From positions 1-28,944 of IMG/VR virus record IMGVR_UViG_3300000928_000178: DNA of 28,944 bases; one strand, given 5' to 3'. Each line of letters opens with the position of its first letter. Position 1 is the first letter of the stretch. Shown here one piece after another: positions 1 to 9,036 of the stretch. The stretch comes from a virus. The translations under genes were made by a program, and so were the position numbers. Under the pieces are notes generated by a model. The model was not told the origin of the DNA, did not search any database, and was given only the letters and a program-made list of their open reading frames with translations.

Positions 1-22
1 GTTTGGATTTAGCACAACTTGA
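1..22. repeat. Terminal overlap; identical copy at 28923-28944 (circular-closure signature)
   Basis: Direct comparison: GTTTGGATTTAGCACAACTTGA occurs at both ends of the window. An ORF reads in frame across the junction. Confidence 0.95.
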
Positions 23-83
23 TATGAACAAGCCCGAGCACAGAGACATCTATAAAAAGATGAAAGCAGAAGGCAAAGTTTAA
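1..83 (+). CDS. 3' end of the scaffolding-protein gene that starts at 28328 and wraps the contig junction
   Basis: After removing the 22-nt overlap, the frame from 28328 continues as ...LAQLD MNKPEHRDIYKKMKAEGKV and stops at TAA 81-83. Confidence 0.8.
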   Translation, partial: LDLAQLDMNKPEHRDIYKKMKAEGKV

Positions 84-118
84 TTAATAATATAACCATT
101 TATTAGGAGAAATATAAA

Positions 119-982
119 ATGGCACATGAATACGCATCAGGCTTTAGCCTGGCAGACTTAATGGTTCCAACTAAAGCAGCTACAATTTTTGCAGCTCAGG
201 AATCATCTTTATACATGGGCGGAGCACTAGTTCCAATGTTAAATTGCCCAGCAGGATCTACACAAGTTAAAGTTCCTAAATTAGCAAAAATCGCAGATCC
301 ATTAGTAGTTTCATCAGAAGCTGATTCAACTTCAGGCATTGGTGACATTTCTGTTACTGCAATGAGTGATTCATCTGTTCCAATCAACTTAGGTCTATAC
401 GCTTCAAGAAGTGTTGTAAGAGACTTAGGTGGTGTTGACACAAATGAAATTGGTAGAGTTTTAGGTAACTCTATTGCATCAGTATGGGACAAAGCTGTAA
501 CGGCTTCTTTTGTTGGTCTTACAGCACAAGAACTAACAGGTGCAGCTGGCCAAGGCCTTCTTACTGTTGAAGCACTTTTCGAAGCAGTAGGCACAATCCG
601 TGGTGAAGGTGAAACAGGTTCATTGTTTGGTATTATTGGAACTAACCAGTATGCAAACTTAATGAAAGACATTGGCGGAGCATCATTTGCTGGTGGTGAA
701 TTCCAAAACACAGCAATGCGTAATGGATACTTTGGCACAATTGCTGGTGTTCCATTATTTGTATCATCATACATTAATAACACAGACATGGGTATCACAA
801 CTAATCCAGCAGCAGCTATTATGTCAATGGACGCAGTTAAGGGTGCTACACAAGGCGGCGTAAACTTAGAAATAAGCAGACGCCCAGAAGCAGTTGGTTT
901 TGATGTAGTTGCATCATTGGCGGCTGGTGTTGCAGTTACTGACGCAGCACGCGGTGTTCTAATTATTGACAACGCAGCATAA
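119..982 (+). CDS. Major capsid protein (HK97-fold type inferred)
   Basis: A 287-aa ORF between the scaffold-like gene and the head-tail genes. It has a strong RBS, AGGAGAAATATA, the same string that precedes the tail-tube gene. A 9-bp stem-loop follows it. Fold family was not verifiable without a search. Confidence 0.85.
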   Translation: MAHEYASGFSLADLMVPTKAATIFAAQESSLYMGGALVPMLNCPAGSTQVKVPKLAKIADPLVVSSEADSTSGIGDISVTAMSDSSVPINLGLYASRSVVRDLGGVDTNEIGRVLGNSIASVWDKAVTASFVGLTAQELTGAAGQGLLTVEALFEAVGTIRGEGETGSLFGIIGTNQYANLMKDIGGASFAGGEFQNTAMRNGYFGTIAGVPLFVSSYINNTDMGITTNPAAAIMSMDAVKGATQGGVNLEISRRPEAVGFDVVASLAAGVAVTDAARGVLIIDNAA

Positions 983-995
983 GAAGTAAACACTT

Positions 996-1025
996 TACTA
1001 GGGGAGCTAATCCCCTAGTATTCTT
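996..1025 (+). terminator. Stem-loop after the capsid gene (partial terminator or mRNA stabiliser)
   Basis: TACTAGGGG-AGCTAAT-CCCCTAGTA forms a 9-bp perfect stem followed by TTCTT. The U-tract is short, so it is probably leaky. Confidence 0.5.
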
Positions 1026-1042
1026 AACTAGGAGAAAATGAA

Positions 1043-1456
1043 TTGGCTTACGCAAACGCAGAAAACTTAAACTTTTATGCTCCAGAAGTATATGAAGGTG
1101 ACACAGAAGATTGGGACACAGAACTTACATTAGCTGAAACTGATATCAAAAATAAGATTGAAGTTAAGTGGTATGATCAAGTAAAAGGTAACAAAGAATT
1201 TGATGCATCTAAATTAACTGAAGGGCAATGGACTAAGGCTACTGTTTATCAGACACTAGTAGCATATGTGCTACCCAAGATGTCAACCTTTAGAATTGAT
1301 GATACATTCATTGAACAAATTAAGTTCTATCAGGACCGTTTGAAAGATGAATTAAATATGCAATTTGCATTGGGTATAAAGTATGATGACGATGGTGACG
1401 GAAGTGTTACTGATGCAGAAACATACAAATACGCTCAAACTAGGTTATACAGATAA
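1043..1456 (+). CDS. Head completion / head-tail connector protein (positional call)
   Basis: A 137-aa ORF with a TTG start 7 nt after AGGAGA. It lies immediately downstream of the capsid gene, and its stop overlaps the next start (TAATG). Confidence 0.55.
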   Translation: MAYANAENLNFYAPEVYEGDTEDWDTELTLAETDIKNKIEVKWYDQVKGNKEFDASKLTEGQWTKATVYQTLVAYVLPKMSTFRIDDTFIEQIKFYQDRLKDELNMQFALGIKYDDDGDGSVTDAETYKYAQTRLYR

Positions 1457-1887
1457 TGGCTTCTATAAGTAACAGAGAAAGTATCTGTGCAGAAATTGTT
1501 CGTGTGTTTAAAAAGCAACGAACAGTAAAGTTTGGTAGAGTAGTTAGGGACCCTATAGTTCCTACTGAACTACCACGCACTGCATTTCCGGCAGTCTATG
1601 TTGAATCAAGTGATGAAGACATAGAAGATATTGCATTTGGTGGATTAAGAGAAGGTGTTATGGAAGTTGCTTGTGTGGTAGTAATATCAGGCAAGGACAG
1701 AAATACACAACTCAACGTAGCTATAAAGGCTATGGAAGATTCAATCAACGCAGATAGAACGTTGGACAGTAAGGCAAAAGATTGTTCTCTTACGAGAATA
1801 GAACAACTTGAGGCAGGCGACATGAGTCCCTATAGCTCAAGTAAAGTAGTGTTTACAGTATCATATGTATATACTATTTCAACATAA
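1456..1887 (+). CDS. Head-tail joining / tail terminator-like protein (positional call)
   Basis: A 143-aa ORF translationally coupled to the upstream gene, located between the capsid and tail-tube genes. Confidence 0.5.
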   Translation: MASISNRESICAEIVRVFKKQRTVKFGRVVRDPIVPTELPRTAFPAVYVESSDEDIEDIAFGGLREGVMEVACVVVISGKDRNTQLNVAIKAMEDSINADRTLDSKAKDCSLTRIEQLEAGDMSPYSSSKVVFTVSYVYTIST

Positions 1888-1908
1888 TCATTATTAAGGA
1901 GAAATATA

Positions 1909-2325
1909 ATGGCAGCTATAAAAGGTAAAGACGGCGTAATTTCAATCGGCGTATCAGGTTCTGAAGTAGATGTTGCTCAAGTTAAGTCATATTCAATTAC
2001 TGAGTCAACTGAAACAGCAGAAACAACAGTGATGGGTATGGACAGTAAAGCTCATGTTCCAACATTGCTTAGTTGGGAAGGAAGCATGGACGTTGTGTAT
2101 GACACAGCATTACATGACTTTAATTCAGCCAACGGCGCAAATTTTAGAGCAGGTGGAACAGCACACATGGTTTTATATCCAGCAGGTGACGATCCTTCTG
2201 CAACAAGTAACTATAACGGTGATATTATTGTTACCAGTTTAGAAGTTACAGGTGAAACAGCAGATGTTGTTAATGCAACAATTAACTTCACAGGCACTGG
2301 TGATTTAACTAGAACTGCAATCTAA
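1909..2325 (+). CDS. Major tail tube protein
   Basis: A 138-aa ORF with a strong RBS (AAGGAGAAATATA). Its size and position match the small tube proteins of GTA-like siphoviruses. It sits upstream of the chaperone and tape-measure genes and is followed by a stem-loop. Confidence 0.75.
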   Translation: MAAIKGKDGVISIGVSGSEVDVAQVKSYSITESTETAETTVMGMDSKAHVPTLLSWEGSMDVVYDTALHDFNSANGANFRAGGTAHMVLYPAGDDPSATSNYNGDIIVTSLEVTGETADVVNATINFTGTGDLTRTAI

Positions 2326-2328
2326 TGA

Positions 2329-2352
2329 TTAGGCAGGTGCAAGTCTGCCTAA
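2329..2352 (+). promoter_or_regulatory. Stem-loop after the tail-tube gene
   Basis: TTAGGCAG-GTGCAAGT-CTGCCTAA forms an 8-bp stem. No U-tract follows, so it is more likely a processing or stability element than a terminator. Confidence 0.4.
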
Positions 2353-2378
2353 CCAACCCACACTAAAGGAATAAACTT

Positions 2379-2663
2379 ATGTCAAAAAAAGATACTACAA
2401 TTAAAAATCTAAAAGCAGAAATGCAAAAAGACTATGACAAGTTTGTGACTAATTTTACAAGCAATCTAAGACTCAGAACCCCAATAGCCACTGGTGCCGC
2501 AAGGCGGGCGTGGTCTAAAGTAGGTGACTTAAAGATTGGATCAGGGTTAAGTAAGCGAATACTTACTAACGCTGTTGGCTATGCAAGCATCCTAGATGGA
2601 GGCTGGTCAAGACAAGAGCCTAAAGGTATTGTTGACAATGCGTTTAAGCAAACAAAGAAATAA
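2379..2663 (+). CDS. HK97 gp10-like head-tail joining / tail completion protein
   Basis: A 94-aa ORF. TPIATGAARRAW and VGYASILDGGW resemble the P-x-D-T-G-x-L-R and Y-A-x-x-V-E-x-G motifs of the gp10 family. This is recognition from memory, not a search. Confidence 0.5.
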   Translation: MSKKDTTIKNLKAEMQKDYDKFVTNFTSNLRLRTPIATGAARRAWSKVGDLKIGSGLSKRILTNAVGYASILDGGWSRQEPKGIVDNAFKQTKK

Positions 2664-2684
2664 CAACTAACAAGGAGAATAGTT

Positions 2685-3032
2685 ATGAGCGATAAAATTA
2701 ATATAATGGAAAATGCTACAAAGCATTTCAAAGAACAACTATCAGGTGATTTACTACAAATTGAAGTTCCAGAATGGGATGCAACTATTTGGTTCAAACC
2801 AGCATTTACATTTGCACAACAAGAAAAGATTATAACTTTAAGTAATGACGGTAAGATGGTAGAAGCATTAGTAGAAACTCTTATTGTAAGATCACTAGAT
2901 AAAGAAGGTAAAAGAATATTTACACATGCGTCAAAGCCACGCTTAATGAATGAGGTAGATCCTAATATCATTATACGTGTTGTAACTGAGATGAATCAAG
3001 AGATCAAAGATGAAGACTTGGGAAAGCACTAA
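2685..3032 (+). CDS. Tail assembly chaperone (lambda G-like)
   Basis: A 115-aa acidic ORF directly upstream of the tape measure gene. It ends 4 nt after a GGGAAAG slippery heptamer. Confidence 0.8.
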   Translation: MSDKINIMENATKHFKEQLSGDLLQIEVPEWDATIWFKPAFTFAQQEKIITLSNDGKMVEALVETLIVRSLDKEGKRIFTHASKPRLMNEVDPNIIIRVVTEMNQEIKDEDLGKH

Positions 3033-3166
3033 GAGAAAAAGATCTGTATTTTATCTTTTTCTTAGCTGAACAATTAGGCCGCAGTGTTGAGTGGATTATG
3101 CAAAACATGTCAGTAATAGAACTGAAGGGTTGGGCACAATATTACACTATAAAGAATGAAAAATAA
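2685..3166 (+). CDS. Tail assembly chaperone -1 frameshift product (lambda GT-like), shift at 3020-3026
   Basis: The -1 frame has a stop at 3011-3013 and is then open from 3014 to TAA 3164-3166. The only slippery site in that 16-nt window is G GGA AAG. The predicted fusion is about 160 aa and ends ...LAEQLGRSVEWIMQNMSVIELKGWAQYYTIKNEK. Confidence 0.75.
3020..3026 (+). promoter_or_regulatory. Programmed -1 ribosomal frameshift heptamer G GGA AAG
   Basis: An X XXY YYZ heptamer in the zero frame of the chaperone gene, identical to the lambda G/GT slip sequence. Confidence 0.75.
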
Positions 3167-3185
3167 TTGATAAGGAATTAAAACA

Positions 3186-4949
3186 ATGAGTAGCAATTAT
3201 AACATTGATATTACCGCCAAGGACAGCACGAAAGGTGCAATTGGTAGTGTTGGCGGCGGCCTTACTACATTAAACAACAAAGCATCAAAACTTAAAGTAG
3301 CCCTTGGAGCAGCCGCAATTGCGGGTGCAGGTATTATGGCTGGTAAAGCTATACTAGGCGCAATTGATAATATGGATGCACTGGCAAAAAGTGCTAGAGC
3401 AGCCGGTTCAGCAGGTAGCAACGAAGCGTTTCAAGGCTTCCAAGTAATGAAGCAAGCAATGAATGAAGCAGGTATTGATGCTGCTACATTTGATAGAGCT
3501 ATGCTTCAAACGAATTCAAGACTTAAAGCAGGAACAGAAGGGCAGAAATCATTTGCCGCAGTTACTGATAAGTTAGGTGATAGTATTAAGAATTCAAATG
3601 GTGAATTGAAATCAGGTCCTGAATTATTACAGGCAATGATGAATGCACTCAATGAAGGTAAGATCACTACAGAAGATTTTGCAAAGGTTGTTGGTGGACG
3701 TGCAGGTCCTCTTATACAAGAACAGTTTGCAAAAATGCAAGGTTCAGCAGAAGGCTTACAAGCAACACTAGATGATGTTGCGGCAAATACAAACATTGTA
3801 GATGTTGATGCAGCCGCTAACGCAGAATTATTTAATGATACAGTAGGAAGATTAAAAGAAGGTATGGGTCAGTTAATGACTGATGCTATCACACCTCTAC
3901 TACCTGTATTAGTTCAACTAGCAGAAAAGACAATGGCTAACATGCCAGCTATTATTGATGGTGTTACCACAGCCTTTGATGCACTTAAACCAGTATTAAG
4001 TTTAATTGGCACAGTAATAAGTGAAATAGTTTGGCCAATGTTGCAAAATGTATTCAATGTATTAGGCACAGTTGCTGAAGCAATTGCACCATTAGTAGAA
4101 AAATCAATACCATTATTAAAAGAAGGCTTTGAAATAGCCGGTGAAGCAATTAGCACTCTTGTTCAATTCTTTGTTGATTTAGTTGCAAAGATTAAAGCAA
4201 TACCAGAAGAAGTTAAGAAGATGAAAGAAGCTATTGTAGGTAAAATGGGCGACATGGTTTCAGACACAAAGAAAAAACTAAACGGTTGGAAAGATAGTGT
4301 ATTAGGTATCTTTAGCAAAACAGAAGATGAAGCAGTTGGAAACTCTATTATCCCAGACATGGTTGACGCAATCATAGATGAGTTTAGTAGAATGAAAGAT
4401 GTTACTGTTGCAACAACAGAAGACATGAGTGACGGTATTACTGATGAGATGGGTAACGGAATGAAAACTTTTACTGATACATTAACTAATGCGTTTGATG
4501 ATGGTAAGTTAGAAATGAATGACTTTAAAGGTTACTTCAAACAAACAATGTCATCAATGATTAAAGATGCAATCTTTGGTTCAAACAAAATTAGTCAATC
4601 ACTTGGTAGTAGTTTACACGGTGGTGGTGGTGGCAGTAAAGGTAGTGCCGTTGGCAGTTTCTTTAAGACTGTTATTGGTGGGCTATTTGGACGTGCATCA
4701 GGTGGACCAGTATCAAATGGTAGAAGTTATATCGTTGGAGAAAATGGACCCGAGATGTTTACACCAAACAGCAACGGAAACATTGCTAGAAATAATGGTG
4801 GTGCAGGAGGCGGCGGCTTAACAGTTAACTTTAATCTGTCAAGCATTGATTCAAGAAGCGGCACAGAATTTATAATAGAACAAAAGAATCAAATCGTAGG
4901 AATGATTAACCAAGCGTATCAGAAACGCGGCCGACAGGGGATTTATTAA
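3186..4949 (+). CDS. Tail tape measure protein
   Basis: A 587-aa Ala/Gly/Met-rich helical protein that follows the chaperone pair. Its C-terminal Gly-rich region contains the IVGENGPEMF motif typical of tape measures. Confidence 0.9.
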   Translation: MSSNYNIDITAKDSTKGAIGSVGGGLTTLNNKASKLKVALGAAAIAGAGIMAGKAILGAIDNMDALAKSARAAGSAGSNEAFQGFQVMKQAMNEAGIDAATFDRAMLQTNSRLKAGTEGQKSFAAVTDKLGDSIKNSNGELKSGPELLQAMMNALNEGKITTEDFAKVVGGRAGPLIQEQFAKMQGSAEGLQATLDDVAANTNIVDVDAAANAELFNDTVGRLKEGMGQLMTDAITPLLPVLVQLAEKTMANMPAIIDGVTTAFDALKPVLSLIGTVISEIVWPMLQNVFNVLGTVAEAIAPLVEKSIPLLKEGFEIAGEAISTLVQFFVDLVAKIKAIPEEVKKMKEAIVGKMGDMVSDTKKKLNGWKDSVLGIFSKTEDEAVGNSIIPDMVDAIIDEFSRMKDVTVATTEDMSDGITDEMGNGMKTFTDTLTNAFDDGKLEMNDFKGYFKQTMSSMIKDAIFGSNKISQSLGSSLHGGGGGSKGSAVGSFFKTVIGGLFGRASGGPVSNGRSYIVGENGPEMFTPNSNGNIARNNGGAGGGGLTVNFNLSSIDSRSGTEFIIEQKNQIVGMINQAYQKRGRQGIY

Positions 4950-6223
4950 TGATTAACATATTACAATATCCAGACACATCTAATCCACATTATATTGATC
5001 CACTTTACATTGGTGATAACAACAGTGGATTTCAGAAGAGAATAAAAGATTTAAAAGACGGAAACTACATAGCCTTAGCTAATACATTTTCAAGTAGTGT
5101 TGACACTATAATGGAAAACGTTAGTAGATTTAAATATTATTTAAAAAACAACTCACGTTCAGGTAACATAGCAATATATGATATATGGTATAAACCAATG
5201 ATTAGAGGCACAGTAAACAGTTCAGGTGTTATTACTAGTGCTACAATGATTACACCAGGAAATGAACAGTTTAGACAACGCACAGGTGCTAACAGTTATT
5301 CAGGTTCAGCACGTATTAAAGCCAACGGAAGATTTTGGAAAGAAGGCAATAATTCAACTGTATCAATTGCTACTTCAAATGCAAATATTACAATATCTAC
5401 TAACAGTAGTGGTTATGTAACAGGTGCTAGTGGAAGTGGTGGTAGTGGTTACGGAGGTGCAGGCTATGTCATGTTTGAAATAGAACAAGATGCAGCAGAT
5501 ACATATCCAGCAACACCAACGGCATTAGAAGCACAGGACATATGGGACACAGCTGATCAATGGACAGAAGGTGGCGATGCTACTCCAACTAAATATTGGC
5601 CAAGTGTTGTTACACCACAAAGTGCAGAGATTTCATACAAAATGCCATCGACGATAACAAGAAGTCAAAGTGGTAAAAAATATATTCAAAGTGCAGGTTA
5701 TGTAAAGTGGGGACTAGAAGTAACTTATCCACCAATGACAGCTAACCAGTTTAAAGAGTATCACGGTATTGTTCAAGCGGCACGTGGACAAGCAATTCCA
5801 ATGTTATTTAAGTTAGTGCAAAATGGAAACAGCATATTATTTAAAAACTTAAACAGTGGTAATAGTGCAAATGCATTAATACTAAAAGATCCAATTGATG
5901 TTAGTGTAAACGCATTAGTAATACTATTAGAAGGCTTAACAACTGGTGATACACTAAATGAAGGTGATACAATCTTTGGCGCAAATGGTGATGCCAACGG
6001 ACAAATAAATACTATTATAAGCACAGCAAATGCAAACGTATACGGAGAAGCAAAAGTAAGACTTGCATATCCAGTTAAAACTGATCAGCCAGCAGGTAGT
6101 TTTTGGAATACAAGTCCAGATGAAGTTGTTGTTACATTAAACGACAGTGAGTTTGAATATAGTGTATCAACAAACGGTTTATACAATGTAAGCGTTAGAT
6201 TTGAATTGGATGAATGGAAATAA
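4949..6223 (+). CDS. Distal tail protein-like (GTA g12 / lambda M position) with an N-terminal extension of about 210 aa
   Basis: ATGA overlap with the tape measure stop. The C-terminal half (ITRSQSGKKY...WGLEVTYPPMTANQFKEYHGIVQAARGQAIPMLF) matches the pattern I recall for DUF2460-type distal tail proteins. Confidence 0.55.
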   Translation: MINILQYPDTSNPHYIDPLYIGDNNSGFQKRIKDLKDGNYIALANTFSSSVDTIMENVSRFKYYLKNNSRSGNIAIYDIWYKPMIRGTVNSSGVITSATMITPGNEQFRQRTGANSYSGSARIKANGRFWKEGNNSTVSIATSNANITISTNSSGYVTGASGSGGSGYGGAGYVMFEIEQDAADTYPATPTALEAQDIWDTADQWTEGGDATPTKYWPSVVTPQSAEISYKMPSTITRSQSGKKYIQSAGYVKWGLEVTYPPMTANQFKEYHGIVQAARGQAIPMLFKLVQNGNSILFKNLNSGNSANALILKDPIDVSVNALVILLEGLTTGDTLNEGDTIFGANGDANGQINTIISTANANVYGEAKVRLAYPVKTDQPAGSFWNTSPDEVVVTLNDSEFEYSVSTNGLYNVSVRFELDEWK

Positions 6224-6226
6224 AGC

Positions 6227-6841
6227 ATGGCAAATAGAGGAATTACTGGTAACCTATTAAATGAATTAGGTGAACAAATTGTTACATACTTTGATTGCGT
6301 CAGTATTGCAACTAAGCAAAATGGTTCTACTGTTGTATATTATGTAACAAACGCACCACAAGACGTAACTGTTGACGGTAATTTATATGTAGCGTTTGGT
6401 AACTTTCTAAATGTTGGGGTCATTGAAGAAGATACCCAAATGGAAATTCCACAAATGGCTATACAAATATCAGGCATTGCACCATACGAAACTGATGCTT
6501 CACCATATGATGAATCATTTATGCAGACTATGTTAAAAGACACAACTGAATACATAGACCAGACAGTAAAAAGATATAGAGTTTACTTTGATTTAAACTG
6601 GGTAGACAAAGGAAGTGTATTGCTATTTGAGGGACGAATGAGTAATGCAAGCATTACATATGACATAGAAGGTGTTAGTAGTGTGTTGTTAGAAGCAAGT
6701 TCACACTGGATAGACTTTACTAGACGTAATGGACGCTATACAAATCAAAACTCACAACAATCGCGTTACTCAGGCGATGTAGGATTTGAATATTCAAAAC
6801 TACTATTCAAAGACATTAAATGGCAGGAACCTCCAGCATGA
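6227..6841 (+). CDS. Tail-tip protein (lambda L / GTA g13-like)
   Basis: A 204-aa ORF, second gene after the tape measure. The N-terminal pattern YFDCVSIA...VTVDGNLYVAFGNF resembles DUF2163-type proteins. Confidence 0.55.
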   Translation: MANRGITGNLLNELGEQIVTYFDCVSIATKQNGSTVVYYVTNAPQDVTVDGNLYVAFGNFLNVGVIEEDTQMEIPQMAIQISGIAPYETDASPYDESFMQTMLKDTTEYIDQTVKRYRVYFDLNWVDKGSVLLFEGRMSNASITYDIEGVSSVLLEASSHWIDFTRRNGRYTNQNSQQSRYSGDVGFEYSKLLFKDIKWQEPPA

Positions 6842-7269
6842 TATTAGAACAAAAAAGAGACTTAGCTTTATTTTTGGCTGGGCTTAAACACAAAAAACAT
6901 ACCTGGGGCACGTTTGATTGCAACACATGGTGGTGCGAATGGATTGATAGATTAACTGGTTCAGATGTATCTAGTGAAGTTATAGGACATTATCATAATG
7001 AAAAGACTGCAATGAAATTTGCAAGAACTCACAATGCAATTGAATATGTTTTGCGTATGGGATACACACAACTAGATGTTAATGCACCAGAATCAATTCC
7101 TGTTACAGGTGATGTGTGGATTCAAAACCATAGAACACATTATAGTATATTAATGATTTTTAATGGATTAGCTTGGAGCATTAGCAGTGAGCATGGACTA
7201 ATTAGTAGTCACCCAGAGTTATTTTCAACTGATAAAACTGTTGAGACAACTAGGTTTAGGAGAGCATAA
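6838..7269 (+). CDS. Tail-associated NlpC/P60-like peptidase (lambda K / GTA g14 position)
   Basis: I prefer the ATG at 6838 (ATGA overlap with the upstream stop) over the track start at 6820. TWGTFDCNTWW supplies a candidate catalytic Cys and HRTHYSILM a candidate His. The position matches lambda K. Confidence 0.5.
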   Translation: MILEQKRDLALFLAGLKHKKHTWGTFDCNTWWCEWIDRLTGSDVSSEVIGHYHNEKTAMKFARTHNAIEYVLRMGYTQLDVNAPESIPVTGDVWIQNHRTHYSILMIFNGLAWSISSEHGLISSHPELFSTDKTVETTRFRRA

Positions 7270-8738
7270 TGCCAGTAGTAATTCCAATACTCATTAAAGC
7301 AGTTGTTACAGCCGTTATTGTTAAAGCAGTTGACGTAGTAGTTGACGTGATAGTTGAAAAAGTTTTTGGTTCAGATGAAATTGAAACTAGAGATGCATCA
7401 CAAAGCGAAGCACAAGCGGCTGCCAGAGCTAGAGCACTATTAATTAATAAAAGTTCAAACAACTCAGGCATTCCACTTGTATACGGAAAGTATAGAATGG
7501 GTGGAACTAGAGTTTACTTAGAAACATCAAACGGCAACGGTGATATAGCAGATTCAGATGCAGGCAATGAATACTTTAATATGGTGTTAACTTTATGCGA
7601 AGGCGAAATGGGTAACATCAGAGAATTGTATTTTGGTGATATTCTTGTATGGAGTGGTAATGGCAACGACAGTGGTAGTGGTTATCAATTAAGTGGCTAT
7701 ACAGGTGGTAATGAATATTCAGATGCTGATAAAACTGTTAGATATCATAATGGATCAGCTAACCAGGGTGTTGACAGCATGATGCAAACAAGTGTAGGAA
7801 GCAGTAGATGGGGCAGCAATCACAGACTTAGAGGCATAGCATATTTGGCTATTAAACTAAAAGCAAATGCAGACGCTTATGCTGGTGGTGTTCCAGTTAT
7901 TACCGCAGTATTAGAAGGTAAGAATATTCCAAACGTATCAACTATAACCAGTGGACAAACAAGCACACCCACACAAACAGAAAGTGCAAATCAAAACCCT
8001 GCAGATGTTATATATGATTATCTTACAAACACAACATACGGCAAAGGACTAGATCACGACACTAGTGGAAACTATGTTGCAGGACTAGACATTGACATAG
8101 CTAGTTTTAAACAAGCACGTTTAGATTGTGCAAGTGCGTGGAATGGAGCAGGTATAGTATACAACGGCCCATTATCAACAGAACAAAGGATATTTGAAAA
8201 TATACAAAGACTAACTAGAGCATGTAACGGAATGTTAATATGGACAGGCGGAAAGTATAGACTAATAATACAAAATGCCAATGAAACAAGTCAATATAGC
8301 TTTGATGAAGATAACATTATTGGACAAATGAGTGTTCAAAAAGCAAAGAAAGCCAGTAGAGTAAATAAAGTTACTGCAGGATTTACTGACAGTAGTTTAA
8401 ATTATGTTGATAATATTGTAGTTACTAAAGATGCAACTGCATTAGCTGAAGACAACGGCACAGTATTAGAAGTATCAAGTGACCATCAGTTAACTACTAA
8501 TTCAGCATTTGTTACAAGATTAAATCAATACAGAATTGATAAGACTAGAAATCAAATGACAATTTCATTTTCATCAACACATGCAAGTCTAGTAGTAGAA
8601 TGTGGCAACATTGTTAGTGTATCACAAGAAGCATTAAACTGGACTAATAAAAAGTTTAGAGTTGTGTCAATAGAAATAAATGAAAAAGACGAAGTCAAGT
8701 TTGGTGCTATCGAATACGTTCCAAGCATACAAATATAA
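7269..8738 (+). CDS. Tail tip / hub protein, lambda J / GTA g15 N-terminal-like
   Basis: A hydrophobic N-terminus is followed by GIPLVYGKYRMGGTRVY and LTLCEGEMGNIRELYFGD, the hallmark motifs of host-specificity-J/g15-type proteins. At 489 aa it covers only the N-terminal part of typical family members. Confidence 0.7.
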   Translation: MPVVIPILIKAVVTAVIVKAVDVVVDVIVEKVFGSDEIETRDASQSEAQAAARARALLINKSSNNSGIPLVYGKYRMGGTRVYLETSNGNGDIADSDAGNEYFNMVLTLCEGEMGNIRELYFGDILVWSGNGNDSGSGYQLSGYTGGNEYSDADKTVRYHNGSANQGVDSMMQTSVGSSRWGSNHRLRGIAYLAIKLKANADAYAGGVPVITAVLEGKNIPNVSTITSGQTSTPTQTESANQNPADVIYDYLTNTTYGKGLDHDTSGNYVAGLDIDIASFKQARLDCASAWNGAGIVYNGPLSTEQRIFENIQRLTRACNGMLIWTGGKYRLIIQNANETSQYSFDEDNIIGQMSVQKAKKASRVNKVTAGFTDSSLNYVDNIVVTKDATALAEDNGTVLEVSSDHQLTTNSAFVTRLNQYRIDKTRNQMTISFSSTHASLVVECGNIVSVSQEALNWTNKKFRVVSIEINEKDEVKFGAIEYVPSIQI

Positions 8739-8750
8739 GGATAAGTAAAT

Positions 8751-8960
8751 ATGAGTAAGATTAGATTTGATGGAGCTGAAACTCCAGTAATGTTACCAAC
8801 CAAAGAAGATGTTGTAACACAAGCACCAGTTGGTATCTTAAAAGATATTATAATAGATCAAGCCACTGTTGCAACTGGACATTTGCTACAATATAATGCA
8901 AGTGCAACACCAGACCCAGTATGGGAAAATAGTAATGTTATAGATGGTGGAAATTACTAA
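8751..8960 (+). CDS. Small hypothetical virion protein carrying a fibre-type motif
   Basis: A 69-aa ORF with an AAGGA RBS. GHLLQYNASATPDPVWEN resembles the GQVLxWDGxxWxP motif that is repeated in the giant fibre protein. Confidence 0.5.
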   Translation: MSKIRFDGAETPVMLPTKEDVVTQAPVGILKDIIIDQATVATGHLLQYNASATPDPVWENSNVIDGGNY

Positions 8961-9036
8961 CAACATGTAGTCAAGTTAGGTGTCTTAGACGCTCAACAAG
9001 GGCTATATATAGCGTCAAAATAACAAGGATAACCAA

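Noticed and set aside
196-993. A 265-aa ORF on the minus strand covering essentially the whole capsid gene.
   Set aside because: It is exactly antisense to a well-supported, strongly expressed gene. It has no RBS. Its composition is low-complexity and rich in Ala, Ser, Thr and Pro, as expected from reading the codon-biased capsid frame backwards. All supported genes are on the + strand. The same reasoning applies to the minus-strand ORFs at 2579..2971, 26687..27322, 27790..28218 and 28345..28650.
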